Below, in pieces: positions 10,426 through 19,702 of a DNA stretch of 64,000 nt. This DNA comes from a virus (lineage: Duplodnaviria; Caudoviricetes), in the IMG/VR virus record IMGVR_UViG_3300010346_001007, positions 55,435-119,434 of that record; one strand, given 5' to 3'. Position numbers and translations under genes: made by a program. The notes under the pieces are model-generated. The model saw nothing but the letters and a program-made list of their open reading frames with translations, did no database searches and had not been told where the DNA came from. Within the stretch, counting starts at the first letter, position 1. Every line of letters starts with the position of its first letter.

Positions 10426-11140
10426 TAATATTACATCTTCTATTTCCGTTGAAACTCCTAAATTAACATATGATACAACTGGAAATGATCGGGTATTAGC
10501 TATTATTTTAAAAAAACAAGAAGAATTAGAACGTGAACTGCACGATTTAAAAAATAAAAAAATATTAGAAGAAACTCAACTTCCAAAAGGAATATTAGAA
10601 CAAAGCGGACATATTGTTCCTTATACTAAACGAGGAAAACGAGGAAGAGGTTATAGGCCCATTTTAAGATATGAAATTGAAGAAGCCATAAAACATTCGG
10701 GGTTTGGCGCTCAACAGGCCAAGTATTTAGGAGTACATATCGAAACATATAAAAAATATGCAAAGATGTATGGTCTGTGGAATCCTCAACCGAATTTAAA
10801 AGGGAAAACTCGCAATTTAAATCCAGATAGTGGGAAATATCCACTTAATCGAATACTGGCGGGAGATTTTAATGGACATCCTAAAGTTACAGATTGGATG
10901 GTTAAACGAAAACTATTAAAAACAAATATATTTCCTAAGTGTTGTGCTATATGTGGATATGATAAGAAAATTTTAGGAGGAACTTATCCAATTATATTAT
11001 TAGATCATTTAGACGGTGATAGAAAAAATTTTAAGAAAGAAAATTTAAGATTTTTATGTTGGAATTGTACAGTAGAATGCGGACGGGGATACTGGTCACG
11101 AAAAATTAGTTTATTTGATCCACAATGTAAACCCCAGTGA
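10406..11140 (+). CDS. HNH endonuclease-domain protein with HTH-like region
   Basis: CAICG...LDHLDGDRKN...NLRFLCWNC; QAKYLGVHIETYKKY HTH-like segment. Confidence 0.75.
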   Translation: MENFQNNNITSSISVETPKLTYDTTGNDRVLAIILKKQEELERELHDLKNKKILEETQLPKGILEQSGHIVPYTKRGKRGRGYRPILRYEIEEAIKHSGFGAQQAKYLGVHIETYKKYAKMYGLWNPQPNLKGKTRNLNPDSGKYPLNRILAGDFNGHPKVTDWMVKRKLLKTNIFPKCCAICGYDKKILGGTYPIILLDHLDGDRKNFKKENLRFLCWNCTVECGRGYWSRKISLFDPQCKPQ

Positions 11141-11151
11141 TATTTATTAAT

Positions 11152-11646
11152 ATGAAAAAACAACCAATTCATATTTTAAATCAAATGGGAGTTATCCCAT
11201 CTTTTTCGGTTGCTAAAAAAATTACGGATGAAGAAATACAGAAATTTTTTAAGAAATGGGAAAAAATGGGAAAATCCGAAAAAGAATTGGAAGGAATGTT
11301 AAAAGAAAAAATATTAGGAGAAATTCATGAAGCATTATCGCAGGAAAAAATTCCTGGGTTATTACGACCGATTGATATAGCTAATGAATTAAATATAGAT
11401 CCAAATATTATAAGAAACATGCCTGAACTTAATCGGCTGATTATGGTTATTGCTCATAAATTAACTGAAAAAAATTATGATAAAATGTCTTTGTGCTATT
11501 TTATTGGTAAGCTTGTTGATTTTTTGGGTTTACAAGAAGCCGACTTTGAGAGATTTCATCGACGGAATAATCAATCCAAAAAAAATGAGGAAGAGGAAGA
11601 CGACGGCGATGACGACGATGAAGATGGAGTTGACCAGTTCAACTAA
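11152..11646 (+). CDS. Hypothetical protein with acidic tail
   Basis: ATG 11152 lies 4 nt after TATTTAT (11141-11147). Confidence 0.6.
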   Translation: MKKQPIHILNQMGVIPSFSVAKKITDEEIQKFFKKWEKMGKSEKELEGMLKEKILGEIHEALSQEKIPGLLRPIDIANELNIDPNIIRNMPELNRLIMVIAHKLTEKNYDKMSLCYFIGKLVDFLGLQEADFERFHRRNNQSKKNEEEEDDGDDDDEDGVDQFN

Positions 11647-11796
11647 TCAAAATTGGTGGGAAAGTGAATGGTATAAAGAATGGGAACAATCTACAAAAAG
11701 AAAGTATCATGGGAAACGAGATGGTGCTTGGTATTGTTATTATAATGAACGCCAAGAATTAGTTTATGTATATTTGAAAAAATTATAAATTATAAA

Positions 11797-13011
11797 ATGA
11801 GTTATAGTATGAAAATTTTAAGTATTGATGAAGCCGAAAAGAAAGCTAAACAAAATACATCGATTATAATTACCGGAGTTACTGGACAAGATGGTAGTTT
11901 AATGACCGATTATTTACTTGCAAATACATCATTTATGATATTTGGAGGAGTTAGAAGGCTTAGTGTATCTAATCATAAAAATATATTGCATTTATCTGAT
12001 AATGAACGATTTGAATGTATAAATTTTGATTTAACGGATGCACATGTAATAGAAAAGGCAATTTCTATAATTAAACCAGCATATTTTATTAATTTGGCAG
12101 CGCAGAGTTTTGTAAAATCATCTTGGGACTTCCCTGCCCAAACGTGGGCCGTAAATAGTACGGGGGTACTACATATATTAGAGGCGATTCATAGACATGT
12201 ACCTACTTGCAGAGTGTACAATGCCGGTTCATCAGAAGAATTTGGAAATGTTCTGTATTCTCCACAAGATGAATTTCATTCGTTGCGTCCTCGCAGTCCG
12301 TATGGGGCAAGTAAAGCTGCGGCCCGACATTTAATTAAAGTTTATCGTGAATCTTATAAAATGTATGCTTTACAAGGTTGGTTATTTAATCATGAAGGAG
12401 TCCGTCGTGGTGAAGAATTTGTAACTAGAAAAATTACAAAATACGTGGCTAATTTTTCAAAGAAACTAAATAAAAATAATATAGAATCGATTAAAAGAAT
12501 TCAACCGTTGGAATTAGGATATGTAAAAATTAAACGGGATTGGTCTGATGCCGAAGATTGTGTTGATGCAATATGGAGAATGTTAAATCAAGAAAAATAT
12601 AATGAACAAATTAAAAATTTGGTGTCCTTTAGCCTTTCCAAATATGGTACTTTTTCGGCTGAACTCACCGAAAAGCTTTCTATGTTAATAAAAGAATATG
12701 TGGTTAGTTCGGGAGAAGATCATACTATTGATGAATTTGTACAAAAAGCATTTAAATATATTGGAATCGAAGGAAAATGGGAAGGTGAAGGAATTAATAC
12801 TAAATTTATATATGAATCCGGCAGTTCGGCCATTCAACCGGGAACCGTGTTAGTAAAAATTAATACTGACTTTTATCGACCAGCCGAAGTAGAAAATCTG
12901 TGTGGAGATAGTTCGGCAATTAAACGAGATTTAAAATGGCAACCAAAAACTGCGTTTTCTCAGCTAATAGAAAAAATGGTTAAGAATGATCTTGAATTTT
13001 TAAAATTATAA
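11797..13011 (+). CDS. gmd: GDP-mannose 4,6-dehydratase
   Basis: ITGVTGQDGS, NLAAQSFV.SS, SSEEFG, PRSPYGASK, FNHE, FVTRKIT and YRPAEV motifs. Confidence 0.95.
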   Translation: MSYSMKILSIDEAEKKAKQNTSIIITGVTGQDGSLMTDYLLANTSFMIFGGVRRLSVSNHKNILHLSDNERFECINFDLTDAHVIEKAISIIKPAYFINLAAQSFVKSSWDFPAQTWAVNSTGVLHILEAIHRHVPTCRVYNAGSSEEFGNVLYSPQDEFHSLRPRSPYGASKAAARHLIKVYRESYKMYALQGWLFNHEGVRRGEEFVTRKITKYVANFSKKLNKNNIESIKRIQPLELGYVKIKRDWSDAEDCVDAIWRMLNQEKYNEQIKNLVSFSLSKYGTFSAELTEKLSMLIKEYVVSSGEDHTIDEFVQKAFKYIGIEGKWEGEGINTKFIYESGSSAIQPGTVLVKINTDFYRPAEVENLCGDSSAIKRDLKWQPKTAFSQLIEKMVKNDLEFLKL

Positions 13012-13104
13012 AATGCCTCTTTCGTTGGTGCCATGATATTTATTGGCATGAAGATAGGTTCCCTACCGAACAAGCCGCTTATGATTATCAGCAAAAATGG
13101 ATTA

Positions 13105-13728
13105 CTATTTCACGAGAAAATGAGACCAGTCCACATGTCTCGATTTACGGATCGTGTGAGATACCTTAATTGGTTGTGGATTATGAGGGTTAATTAATAA
13201 TTTTAGTCCAACTTCGGAATTGAGCCGATTTCCTTTTTTATTGTTAATTGCTTTTGACGTTAGTACAGTATTATCATACGTATCTTTTCCACCACGACTT
13301 AAAGGTACTACGTGGTCAATCGTAGCATGAGAAAAATCTAATTCTTCTCCTGTGTAAGCATTTATTCCATTATCACGAATGTATAATCCCTCTTTCGTCG
13401 GCTTTCCACGGAATTTCTTTTCGGGAATTTTGGCATAATTTTGTGCAATAACAACTGTAGGTACTCTGATTGTCATATGTGCGGAGGCTACGCTTAAATC
13501 CCACGGACGTACCGGAAGAGTTATCCATTCATTCCAATCGACAGGATTTACATATTCGTATGTTTCGAAATTAGGAGAACCATCATTATTGGTTTCATAT
13601 ACAATATCCATTGCTTTAATTACACCCGTAATTAAATCGCAGATAGTTTTACTAACCAGTTCAATCGCAACCGGCACCCAGTTTCGGTTTAATTTCAATA
13701 CGATAGCTTTATTCGTTATATTTCTCAT
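13105..13728 (-). CDS. HNH endonuclease (McrA-like)
   Basis: VLKLNRNW.P N-terminus; IRD...AYTG..TIDHVVPLSRGG...N....N..KGNR. Confidence 0.85.
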   Translation of the reverse strand: MRNITNKAIVLKLNRNWVPVAIELVSKTICDLITGVIKAMDIVYETNNDGSPNFETYEYVNPVDWNEWITLPVRPWDLSVASAHMTIRVPTVVIAQNYAKIPEKKFRGKPTKEGLYIRDNGINAYTGEELDFSHATIDHVVPLSRGGKDTYDNTVLTSKAINNKKGNRLNSEVGLKLLINPHNPQPIKVSHTIRKSRHVDWSHFLVK

Positions 13729-13751
13729 ATTATGATATATATAGAAAAAAT

Positions 13752-14597
13752 TTACAGATTTCTGTAATTTCCAATCTCTACTGTTTTACCATTCCATATC
13801 ATCCAATGCATATTTCCTACTACTTCTAAACAAATGTTAGATGAAAGTTTAGGATTGTCAAGTACTCCCACGGGGGAGGACCCCCCACTGGGGGGGGTCC
13901 ATTGACTTGCTTTATAATGTACTACCATCCCCGATTCCGATAAATAATTCCAATTTGGTTCTCCTAGTTGTGGAGAATGCCCCACAATTTGGTTAATTCC
14001 CGGTACACAAAGAAATTCCCGGTTGAAATCACACCATGTAATTCCGCCCACTTGAAAGGGGCCGTTTCGTGATTTTCCTGCGTTAAAAATCCAAGAATAT
14101 TGATTATTGGCTATTTTATTAAGTCCAATTCTAATTTCTTGTTTTAACCAATTTGAAATATTTTCAATAAAATTTTTACGATCATTTTTTAATTGTAATA
14201 TTTTATCAGGTACATTATTTCGATGTAATCCTGCATGTGTTAATAACCATCGATTATTTAAAAAATAAAACCATTTTAAATTATTCCAAATTTTATTTTC
14301 TGTTATATCTTGAATTAACCAATATTTCCATTGTTCATATCCAGTGCATTCCAATTTTTTATATGGAAAAGCATAATGAACATCATGGTTTCCAAATAGA
14401 TGAATTCGATTAGGCATTTTCACCGAATGCACTAACCAGTCACAAGTATATTTTACTACTTCCGGAGTATCATCAATATTATCGAAATAATCCCCGAGAA
14501 AGATAACCTTATCTGCACCAACGGAACGGATTATTTTTTCTACTTCATCGACTTTATGATGAATATCCGGAATAATTAAAACAATTTCATTATTCAT
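13752..14597 (-). CDS. Calcineurin-like metallophosphoesterase
   Basis: DIH, GDYFD, GNHD, THAG and GHS motifs; start set at ATG 14597 just after a -10 box. Confidence 0.9.
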   Translation of the reverse strand: MNNEIVLIIPDIHHKVDEVEKIIRSVGADKVIFLGDYFDNIDDTPEVVKYTCDWLVHSVKMPNRIHLFGNHDVHYAFPYKKLECTGYEQWKYWLIQDITENKIWNNLKWFYFLNNRWLLTHAGLHRNNVPDKILQLKNDRKNFIENISNWLKQEIRIGLNKIANNQYSWIFNAGKSRNGPFQVGGITWCDFNREFLCVPGINQIVGHSPQLGEPNWNYLSESGMVVHYKASQWTPPSGGSSPVGVLDNPKLSSNICLEVVGNMHWMIWNGKTVEIGNYRNL

Positions 14598-14611
14598 CCG
14601 AACATTATACA

Positions 14612-14665
14612 ATGAACTACCCCTACGCTAAAGACGTAGGAGTTTTCTGGCGACTCAAAGATAAA
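14612..14665. mobile_element. 54-bp hairpin mini-element, copy 1 (IS200/IS605/IscB end-like)
   Basis: atgaactacccctacgctaaagacgtaggagttttctggcgactcaaagataaa, identical to 63222-63275; cctacg/cgtagg stem around ctaaaga. Confidence 0.7.
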
Positions 14666-14681
14666 TGATAGATTATTAATA

Positions 14682-15038
14682 TTATTTAAATGGATTAATA
14701 ATAACCGATTTGTCTTTTTTCTCCCATCCTGCCGCCGCCATTTCTTCCTCGGTTACTACAGTTAAATCTTCCTTAGTAGTCATGAGCATGACTGTAATGT
14801 TTTTTTCCTTAAATGCGGGGCCATATGGTTGAAGAAGCTTCTGAAATGCGGGCGCTATCATCATTTTATGACCCGGAGTGGGAGCATCAACTTTAATAAT
14901 CAGAATGCTGTTATTTTTAAGTTCATTAACATTAATAACGGTTACATTGTCCGTTGGCAAAGTAATTTCTTGGTTTAACTTTTCTGTTACATCATTGGTT
15001 ACAGTTTTTTCTGAATTTGTATTTGTTTCATCACTCAT
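14682..15038 (-). CDS. Hypothetical protein
   Basis: 118-aa ORF in the minus-strand operon. Confidence 0.6.
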   Translation of the reverse strand: MSDETNTNSEKTVTNDVTEKLNQEITLPTDNVTVINVNELKNNSILIIKVDAPTPGHKMMIAPAFQKLLQPYGPAFKEKNITVMLMTTKEDLTVVTEEEMAAAGWEKKDKSVIINPFK

Positions 15039-15168
15039 ATTTATTTTTCTTTTTCATTTTAGCACGATTCCATTTTATTCGGTTAAAATTTTCGTACCAT
15101 CGTTTAAAATTATATCCCTTTCTTGGCACTTGGCCTTTTCCTGCACCTGTAGATTTTTTCTCAGACAT
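15031..15168 (-). CDS. Small basic protein (45 aa, MSEKKSTGAGKGQVPRKG...)
   Basis: Translated by hand; fills the operon gap; GKG..PR....Y..N..I pattern. Confidence 0.55.
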   Translation of the reverse strand: MSEKKSTGAGKGQVPRKGYNFKRWYENFNRIKWNRAKMKKKNKYE

Positions 15169-15171
15169 ATA

Positions 15172-15486
15172 CTATTTAAAATCGGAAAACAAATTAAGTC
15201 TTGTATGATATTCTTTACGAATTACTTCTGTTATCAATTCTTCAAGCCGCCGTATTACACGTATATAACTTTTTATATCAGATTTAAGACGGATTCGCCG
15301 CCAAAATCCAGTAGCGGTTTGTAATTCTTCTTCGGCCTTTTTTATTAGGCCCCGAAGATATTCAATATCGCCCCTTAATTGTTCAACTCTCTTATCAAAT
15401 TTATCGAAGATTTTTTTATCTCGGGCGTCCATTGCAAGTGACCATTGAAGTCCCGAGGAAATAGGATAGGGGTTTAGGTCGTTCAT
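15172..15486 (-). CDS. Hypothetical coiled-coil protein
   Basis: 104-aa ORF in operon. Confidence 0.55.
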   Translation of the reverse strand: MNDLNPYPISSGLQWSLAMDARDKKIFDKFDKRVEQLRGDIEYLRGLIKKAEEELQTATGFWRRIRLKSDIKSYIRVIRRLEELITEVIRKEYHTRLNLFSDFK

Positions 15487-15526
15487 AATTTTATTATTCT
15501 TTAAGTTTGTTAATACGCATGTTTGT

Positions 15527-16402
15527 TCATAGTTTATTTACAAATATTACCGTGTCAAATTCGTCTTCGGTAGGACGTTGGTAACGAGACAACATTCGGT
15601 CAATGACTTCTTCTCCTACATTTCGCCCGCCGTTGGCTCCACGTCTTGCATTACGGTCCAAAAGAGTCTGTTTGTCACATTCAAAAACGACGGCAATTGT
15701 TTCTGCTCCCCGAGTTCGGGCAATGCTAATAAAATCTTTTCGAGTTTTTGGATACATATTAGTTGCATCAAAAATGACGCTATTTTTTTCATCCAATGCT
15801 TGTCGCATTTGACTTCGGGCCATTTCAAATGCATGAGCCGAAACGGATTGGTCATTGGAATCACCGGACAATGCCCTACGGTTATCGTCGGGGCAAATTC
15901 TAACAATAGGTCCTTTATTATTTTTAATCATATTTTTGGCATGGGTCGTTTTTCCACTACCAGGTGCCCCAATCATAATCCACGCCTTCAAGGAAGTCAA
16001 GTCCTTATTTTGTTTATCGGCACCTGCTTTAAATTCCATTTCTATATTTTTAGCTCCCACGGGATTAAGAGTATGAATGTAATATTCAGGAAATGGCAAA
16101 TTAAAATCTAAGCAATATTGGACTAACCATTTAGCAGCGTCATACCCCGTTTTTACAGTAAATGTTTGATAAGGAATAATATCGTTATTTTCTTCCGTTC
16201 CAGATAAAATAGTATTTATTACAGCATAATGCTCATTAGAAAGATCATGGTCAAAAGCTACTATTTCAGGAAGTCCCCGTTCTTTAATACATTCAACAAA
16301 TTCATTATATGAACGTACTATAGTCCAACTGACAGACGGCAATTTGACCCATGTAATATCATTGGGTATGCGAATATCATCTAAAAATAAATTGTAATTC
16401 AT
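15527..16402 (-). CDS. Cyclic-phosphate-processing receiver-like domain fused to polynucleotide kinase (AAA_33)
   Basis: N-terminal LFLDDIR...VRSY..F...FDHDL...TGYD...HT.NPVG; C-terminal GAPGSGKTT, D..R, FDATN, RN..R. Confidence 0.85.
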   Translation of the reverse strand: MNYNLFLDDIRIPNDITWVKLPSVSWTIVRSYNEFVECIKERGLPEIVAFDHDLSNEHYAVINTILSGTEENNDIIPYQTFTVKTGYDAAKWLVQYCLDFNLPFPEYYIHTLNPVGAKNIEMEFKAGADKQNKDLTSLKAWIMIGAPGSGKTTHAKNMIKNNKGPIVRICPDDNRRALSGDSNDQSVSAHAFEMARSQMRQALDEKNSVIFDATNMYPKTRKDFISIARTRGAETIAVVFECDKQTLLDRNARRGANGGRNVGEEVIDRMLSRYQRPTEDEFDTVIFVNKL

Positions 16403-16418
16403 AACTATTTATATATAA

Positions 16419-17432
16419 CTAGCTCTCTTTATATTTTTCGTTAATAATTTTTCCACTCCAGAATTTTTCTAATACTTCACTTCTAAAGTTTTCTTTTGGT
16501 CTTACGACAATGCCTTCGGCGGGACCGCCCGTTGGATATTGTAATTCATTGGCTAAATTAACCAATTCATCAATATTATATCCAAATGCGTTTCCTTCAT
16601 TTACCAACGTAACCATTGGCAAGTCAAATTCATCGCAAAATTTAACCATTTGCTCGTAATCAAAATAAATACGTTCTGTAATATCAAAAATGTTGAAAAT
16701 ATGCAATTCCAAATCTTTTAATCCGAGGCGGTTTTGCTGTATTTGTGGCCCACAAACTTCACCTTGAATTGCTATACTCCGATTTGGAAAGGCTTTTCTT
16801 AGTATATTTTCTAAATCATATTTTCGGGCAATTCGCCAGAATCCGTTGGTATCACTAGGTTTTAGCCAAATTTTCCGGCTGCACACACCAAATTCTGAAC
16901 CATGTAGGAAGAAAGTTCCACTACACCCATCATCTTTACGAGTGATATAATATGGTCGTCCCCACATTTCTTCTAATGCTTTGGGATAAGACCGTAAATT
17001 ATCTTCATCTGTCATGATTATGAATCCAGGCAAAATTCCATAGGCCATTCCTGACAATTGGACTGGAAGGGGTTTTTCATATTTTCTAACGCCAATCCAT
17101 TTTGTGACATCAGTTCCTTCTGCGATAGGACCTTTTAAGTCATAATCAAAATTTGGAAGTATAGATAGCGGAAATACAATACCTGCCGATTCTTTTCCTC
17201 GCAATTTAATTGACCGGATTCGAAAATTTTTGTTTCTCAAAAATTCAAATTCGGGCCGTTCAGGTAATACGGCATCGATAGCAATATATACAACCAAGTC
17301 ATTTTCCTTAAACTCTCCCCGCTTGGTAATAACTTGCCAACCTAAAACTTTTGCCACATCCAGTGAATCGGCATTAGAATGGGGTTGCACGTCATATATT
17401 CGTTGAATTGTTGCTAAATTTTCGTCATTCAT
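16419..17432 (-). CDS. ATP-dependent RNA ligase, DRB0094 family
   Basis: LATIQRI..V.PHSNAD.L N-domain; KDDG motif I, QGE, F.IFD, EGIV and K.IN. Confidence 0.9.
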   Translation of the reverse strand: MNDENLATIQRIYDVQPHSNADSLDVAKVLGWQVITKRGEFKENDLVVYIAIDAVLPERPEFEFLRNKNFRIRSIKLRGKESAGIVFPLSILPNFDYDLKGPIAEGTDVTKWIGVRKYEKPLPVQLSGMAYGILPGFIIMTDEDNLRSYPKALEEMWGRPYYITRKDDGCSGTFFLHGSEFGVCSRKIWLKPSDTNGFWRIARKYDLENILRKAFPNRSIAIQGEVCGPQIQQNRLGLKDLELHIFNIFDITERIYFDYEQMVKFCDEFDLPMVTLVNEGNAFGYNIDELVNLANELQYPTGGPAEGIVVRPKENFRSEVLEKFWSGKIINEKYKES

Positions 17433-17459
17433 AATTTTCTATCCATCAGGATATGCCAC

Positions 17460-17487
17460 ATTGTACCTATTCCCGGCAAAAAGTCAA
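17460..17487 (-). promoter_or_regulatory. Sigma70-like promoter TTGACT-N16-TACAAT
   Basis: Upstream of the RNA ligase/PNK operon. Confidence 0.7.
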
Positions 17488-17652
17488 TCTCATTATAGAG
17501 ATTTTATTTTACCGTTTTTTTAGTGCAATAGAAATTATCCTAAGTTTATAATAAATATACCGCACTTTTAAAAAAAGTCAAGAGGGGTTTTCTTTGAAAA
17601 ATTATATAAAAAGTTGACGGTAAAAAAGAAATGTGATAAAGTATGCAATAAT

Positions 17653-18180
17653 ATGAGTGATAATGTTTTGAGAATTCCTTCATGGGATGAACAATTTCTA
17701 CACGATGTTTATTGGTGGGCAAGACGTTCTAAAGACCCCCGAACAAAAATCGGGGCGGTTTTAGTTAAACCTGATGGAAGAATTCCTTTTTCACATGCTT
17801 ACAATGGATTTGCTAGAAAAGTAAATGACGAAGATGGATTCCGGTGGAAAAGTCCAGAAAAATATGAATGGGTTGTTCATGCCGAAGAAAATGCTATTCT
17901 TAATTGTGCCCGAGAGGGGCACTGTTCAAAGGGTGCTATACTTTATACTCAAGGAATTCCGTGTACTAGATGTACAGATGCTTGTATTCAGGGAGGAATT
18001 TCAGAAATAGTAGTGCATAAACAATGGCAAATATATGAAAAAGAATTGGGATGGGATAAATGGATTGATTCAGCCAAGCGTTCTGAAATAAAACTTGCCG
18101 AAGCCGGAATTAAAGTTCGTGTTTTTGATGGAATTCTAGGAGTAAAAGCAATGTTAGCTGGACATATTATTGAAGTATAA
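17653..18180 (+). CDS. dCMP deaminase
   Basis: RSKDP.TKIGAV, YNG, HAEENAI and PCTRC; ATG 17653 preferred over TTG 17614. Confidence 0.9.
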   Translation: MSDNVLRIPSWDEQFLHDVYWWARRSKDPRTKIGAVLVKPDGRIPFSHAYNGFARKVNDEDGFRWKSPEKYEWVVHAEENAILNCAREGHCSKGAILYTQGIPCTRCTDACIQGGISEIVVHKQWQIYEKELGWDKWIDSAKRSEIKLAEAGIKVRVFDGILGVKAMLAGHIIEV

Positions 18181-18649
18181 AGATTTTAATCGCAGTAAAT
18201 ATATTAATAAACAAATTATGAAAATATCTATAGATCAAATTGAAGCGACATTATTGGAACGTAAAATTGAACCCGTGAAGGTTCAAGAAATTATACGTGA
18301 ACTTACTAAAGCTGCTCAGGAAGAAGCCGAAGAACGGCGAGAAAATGCTAGTCCTAAACAAAAATGGGAACATATTATTATTGTCAGTGACCCCGACCAA
18401 AAATTGGATGAGAATTTTACCGGATGGGTGGTGCAACAAAAAGAAGGTGAAGATGCTGGGGAAATCATATCAAAGCTAACAGATGCAGCTAGAAATCAAA
18501 ATGAAATGGCAAAAAGAAAGAAGATGGTAATTAAAACCTTTGGTGAAATTTTCGAATTTCTTAAATCAAAATGGATTAAAGATGAAGGATTAAGAATTAA
18601 AACAAAAATTCCCGTTAGAGTATTAACCATTAACAATAATTCATTGTAA
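18170..18649 (+). CDS. Hypothetical protein
   Basis: 159-aa ORF (start may be ATG 18218), followed by a terminator. Confidence 0.6.
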   Translation: MKYKDFNRSKYINKQIMKISIDQIEATLLERKIEPVKVQEIIRELTKAAQEEAEERRENASPKQKWEHIIIVSDPDQKLDENFTGWVVQQKEGEDAGEIISKLTDAARNQNEMAKRKKMVIKTFGEIFEFLKSKWIKDEGLRIKTKIPVRVLTINNNSL

Positions 18650-18667
18650 TTAATACTATTTATATCT

Positions 18668-18695
18668 GCCCCCGATTATTCGGGGGCTTTTTTTT
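18668..18695 (+). terminator. Rho-independent terminator
   Basis: gcccccga-ttat-tcgggggc followed by T8. Confidence 0.85.
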
Positions 18696-18744
18696 GTATA
18701 AATTGAGGATTTTTATAAATTTTGATATATTTATATGCAGTATT

Positions 18745-19626
18745 ATGAATGATCCTGAAATTTATCTTATTGAACCATATAATGCTTATTTGCCTAAAAG
18801 AAAACGGCACTGGCATGATATTGTAGCCGAACAAGAATTGTATGCAAGAATTTTAGCGGAAGCTAATCGTAATGCAACGTTGGCACCTAATATGCCAGAT
18901 CAAGCAATGCCCCCGATACAACCTATTCCTCCGGCGGCGGGTGGAGGATCACCAGCGCCGGAGTTTTTTACTCCCGATATGGATGCAGAGTTTGACTTTA
19001 TCCAATCGATTGATACAGGATCGGCCCCAGCATTAGTCACATTTAATTTTAGTGGAGATTCAATATTTCGAGAAGTTGGTTCATTAAATGTAGAATGGGA
19101 TTTTGGCGATGGCACTGTAGGTACAGGATTTGATGTACAACATTGGTTTAATACTACTGGAAGCAATGCAAATAATGAATTTGATGTAACTATGTCGGTA
19201 TATGCTAAAGTAGATCTTTCAAAATCTGCTTCGGTAGAAAAAACTATACAAATCAATCCGCCAACTGTTGTTGCGGCATTTACTCTTGGTTCTCCTGCCA
19301 CATTAACTGGAAATTATTATACGGCTTCGGCGGGACAATCTATTCCATTTATAAATGGAACAGTAACTAATAATCCGTTAAATCCAATTACTTATTTATG
19401 GAATTTCGGAAGTGGTTCGGAACCAGATACAAGTAATGCAGTTAATCCTCACTATTCATATGCAGATGCAGGAGATTATACGGTGACATTACAAGCCACG
19501 GGGTCATTTGGGATAATGAGTGCCGGAACTCGAAAAATCCAAATTGTAGAAGCCGAAGAAAACGGCAACGGTGAAGAAAATGGCAACCCCGTTCATCCGC
19601 CGCCCGGACCGGTGTTGCCGCCCTGA
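18745..19626 (+). CDS. PKD-domain virion protein (two PKD repeats)
   Basis: WDFGDG..H and YLWNFGSG...P.YSY..AGDYTVTL; TATTTAT at 18728; ends ...VLPP-TGA. Confidence 0.8.
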   Translation: MNDPEIYLIEPYNAYLPKRKRHWHDIVAEQELYARILAEANRNATLAPNMPDQAMPPIQPIPPAAGGGSPAPEFFTPDMDAEFDFIQSIDTGSAPALVTFNFSGDSIFREVGSLNVEWDFGDGTVGTGFDVQHWFNTTGSNANNEFDVTMSVYAKVDLSKSASVEKTIQINPPTVVAAFTLGSPATLTGNYYTASAGQSIPFINGTVTNNPLNPITYLWNFGSGSEPDTSNAVNPHYSYADAGDYTVTLQATGSFGIMSAGTRKIQIVEAEENGNGEENGNPVHPPPGPVLPP

Positions 19627-19702
19627 TGCCGAAGAAAACGGCAACGGTGAAGAAAATGGCAACGGTGAGGAAAATGGTAATGGGGAAGAAATCGGCAATG
19701 GA
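19552..19702 (+). repeat. EENGNG-coding tandem repeats; 36-bp direct repeat at 19552-19587 and 19628-19663
   Basis: gccgaagaaaacggcaacggtgaagaaaatggcaac present twice, in different reading frames either side of the stop at 19624. Confidence 0.85.

Noticed and set aside
13012-13104. ncRNA or guide RNA next to the HNH gene (OMEGA-like system)
   Set aside because: Only a weak tgcca/tggca hairpin; the HNH lacks RuvC/PLMP motifs, and no IscB or TnpB is recognisable in the window.
15578-16111. Long antisense or alternate-frame ORFs (also 14878-15324, 47293-47871, 18900-19301 and similar)
   Set aside because: They are shadows of well-supported genes, with no motifs or expression signals.
19571-19621. 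Independent GTG start for the 176-aa ORF
   Set aside because: Its N-terminus (MKKMATPFIRRPDRCCR) is the out-of-frame reading of the upstream gene; a frameshift explains it better.
19552-19702. CRISPR or att-site reading of the 36-bp direct repeat
   Set aside because: It encodes an EENGNG linker with synonymous variation in further copies.
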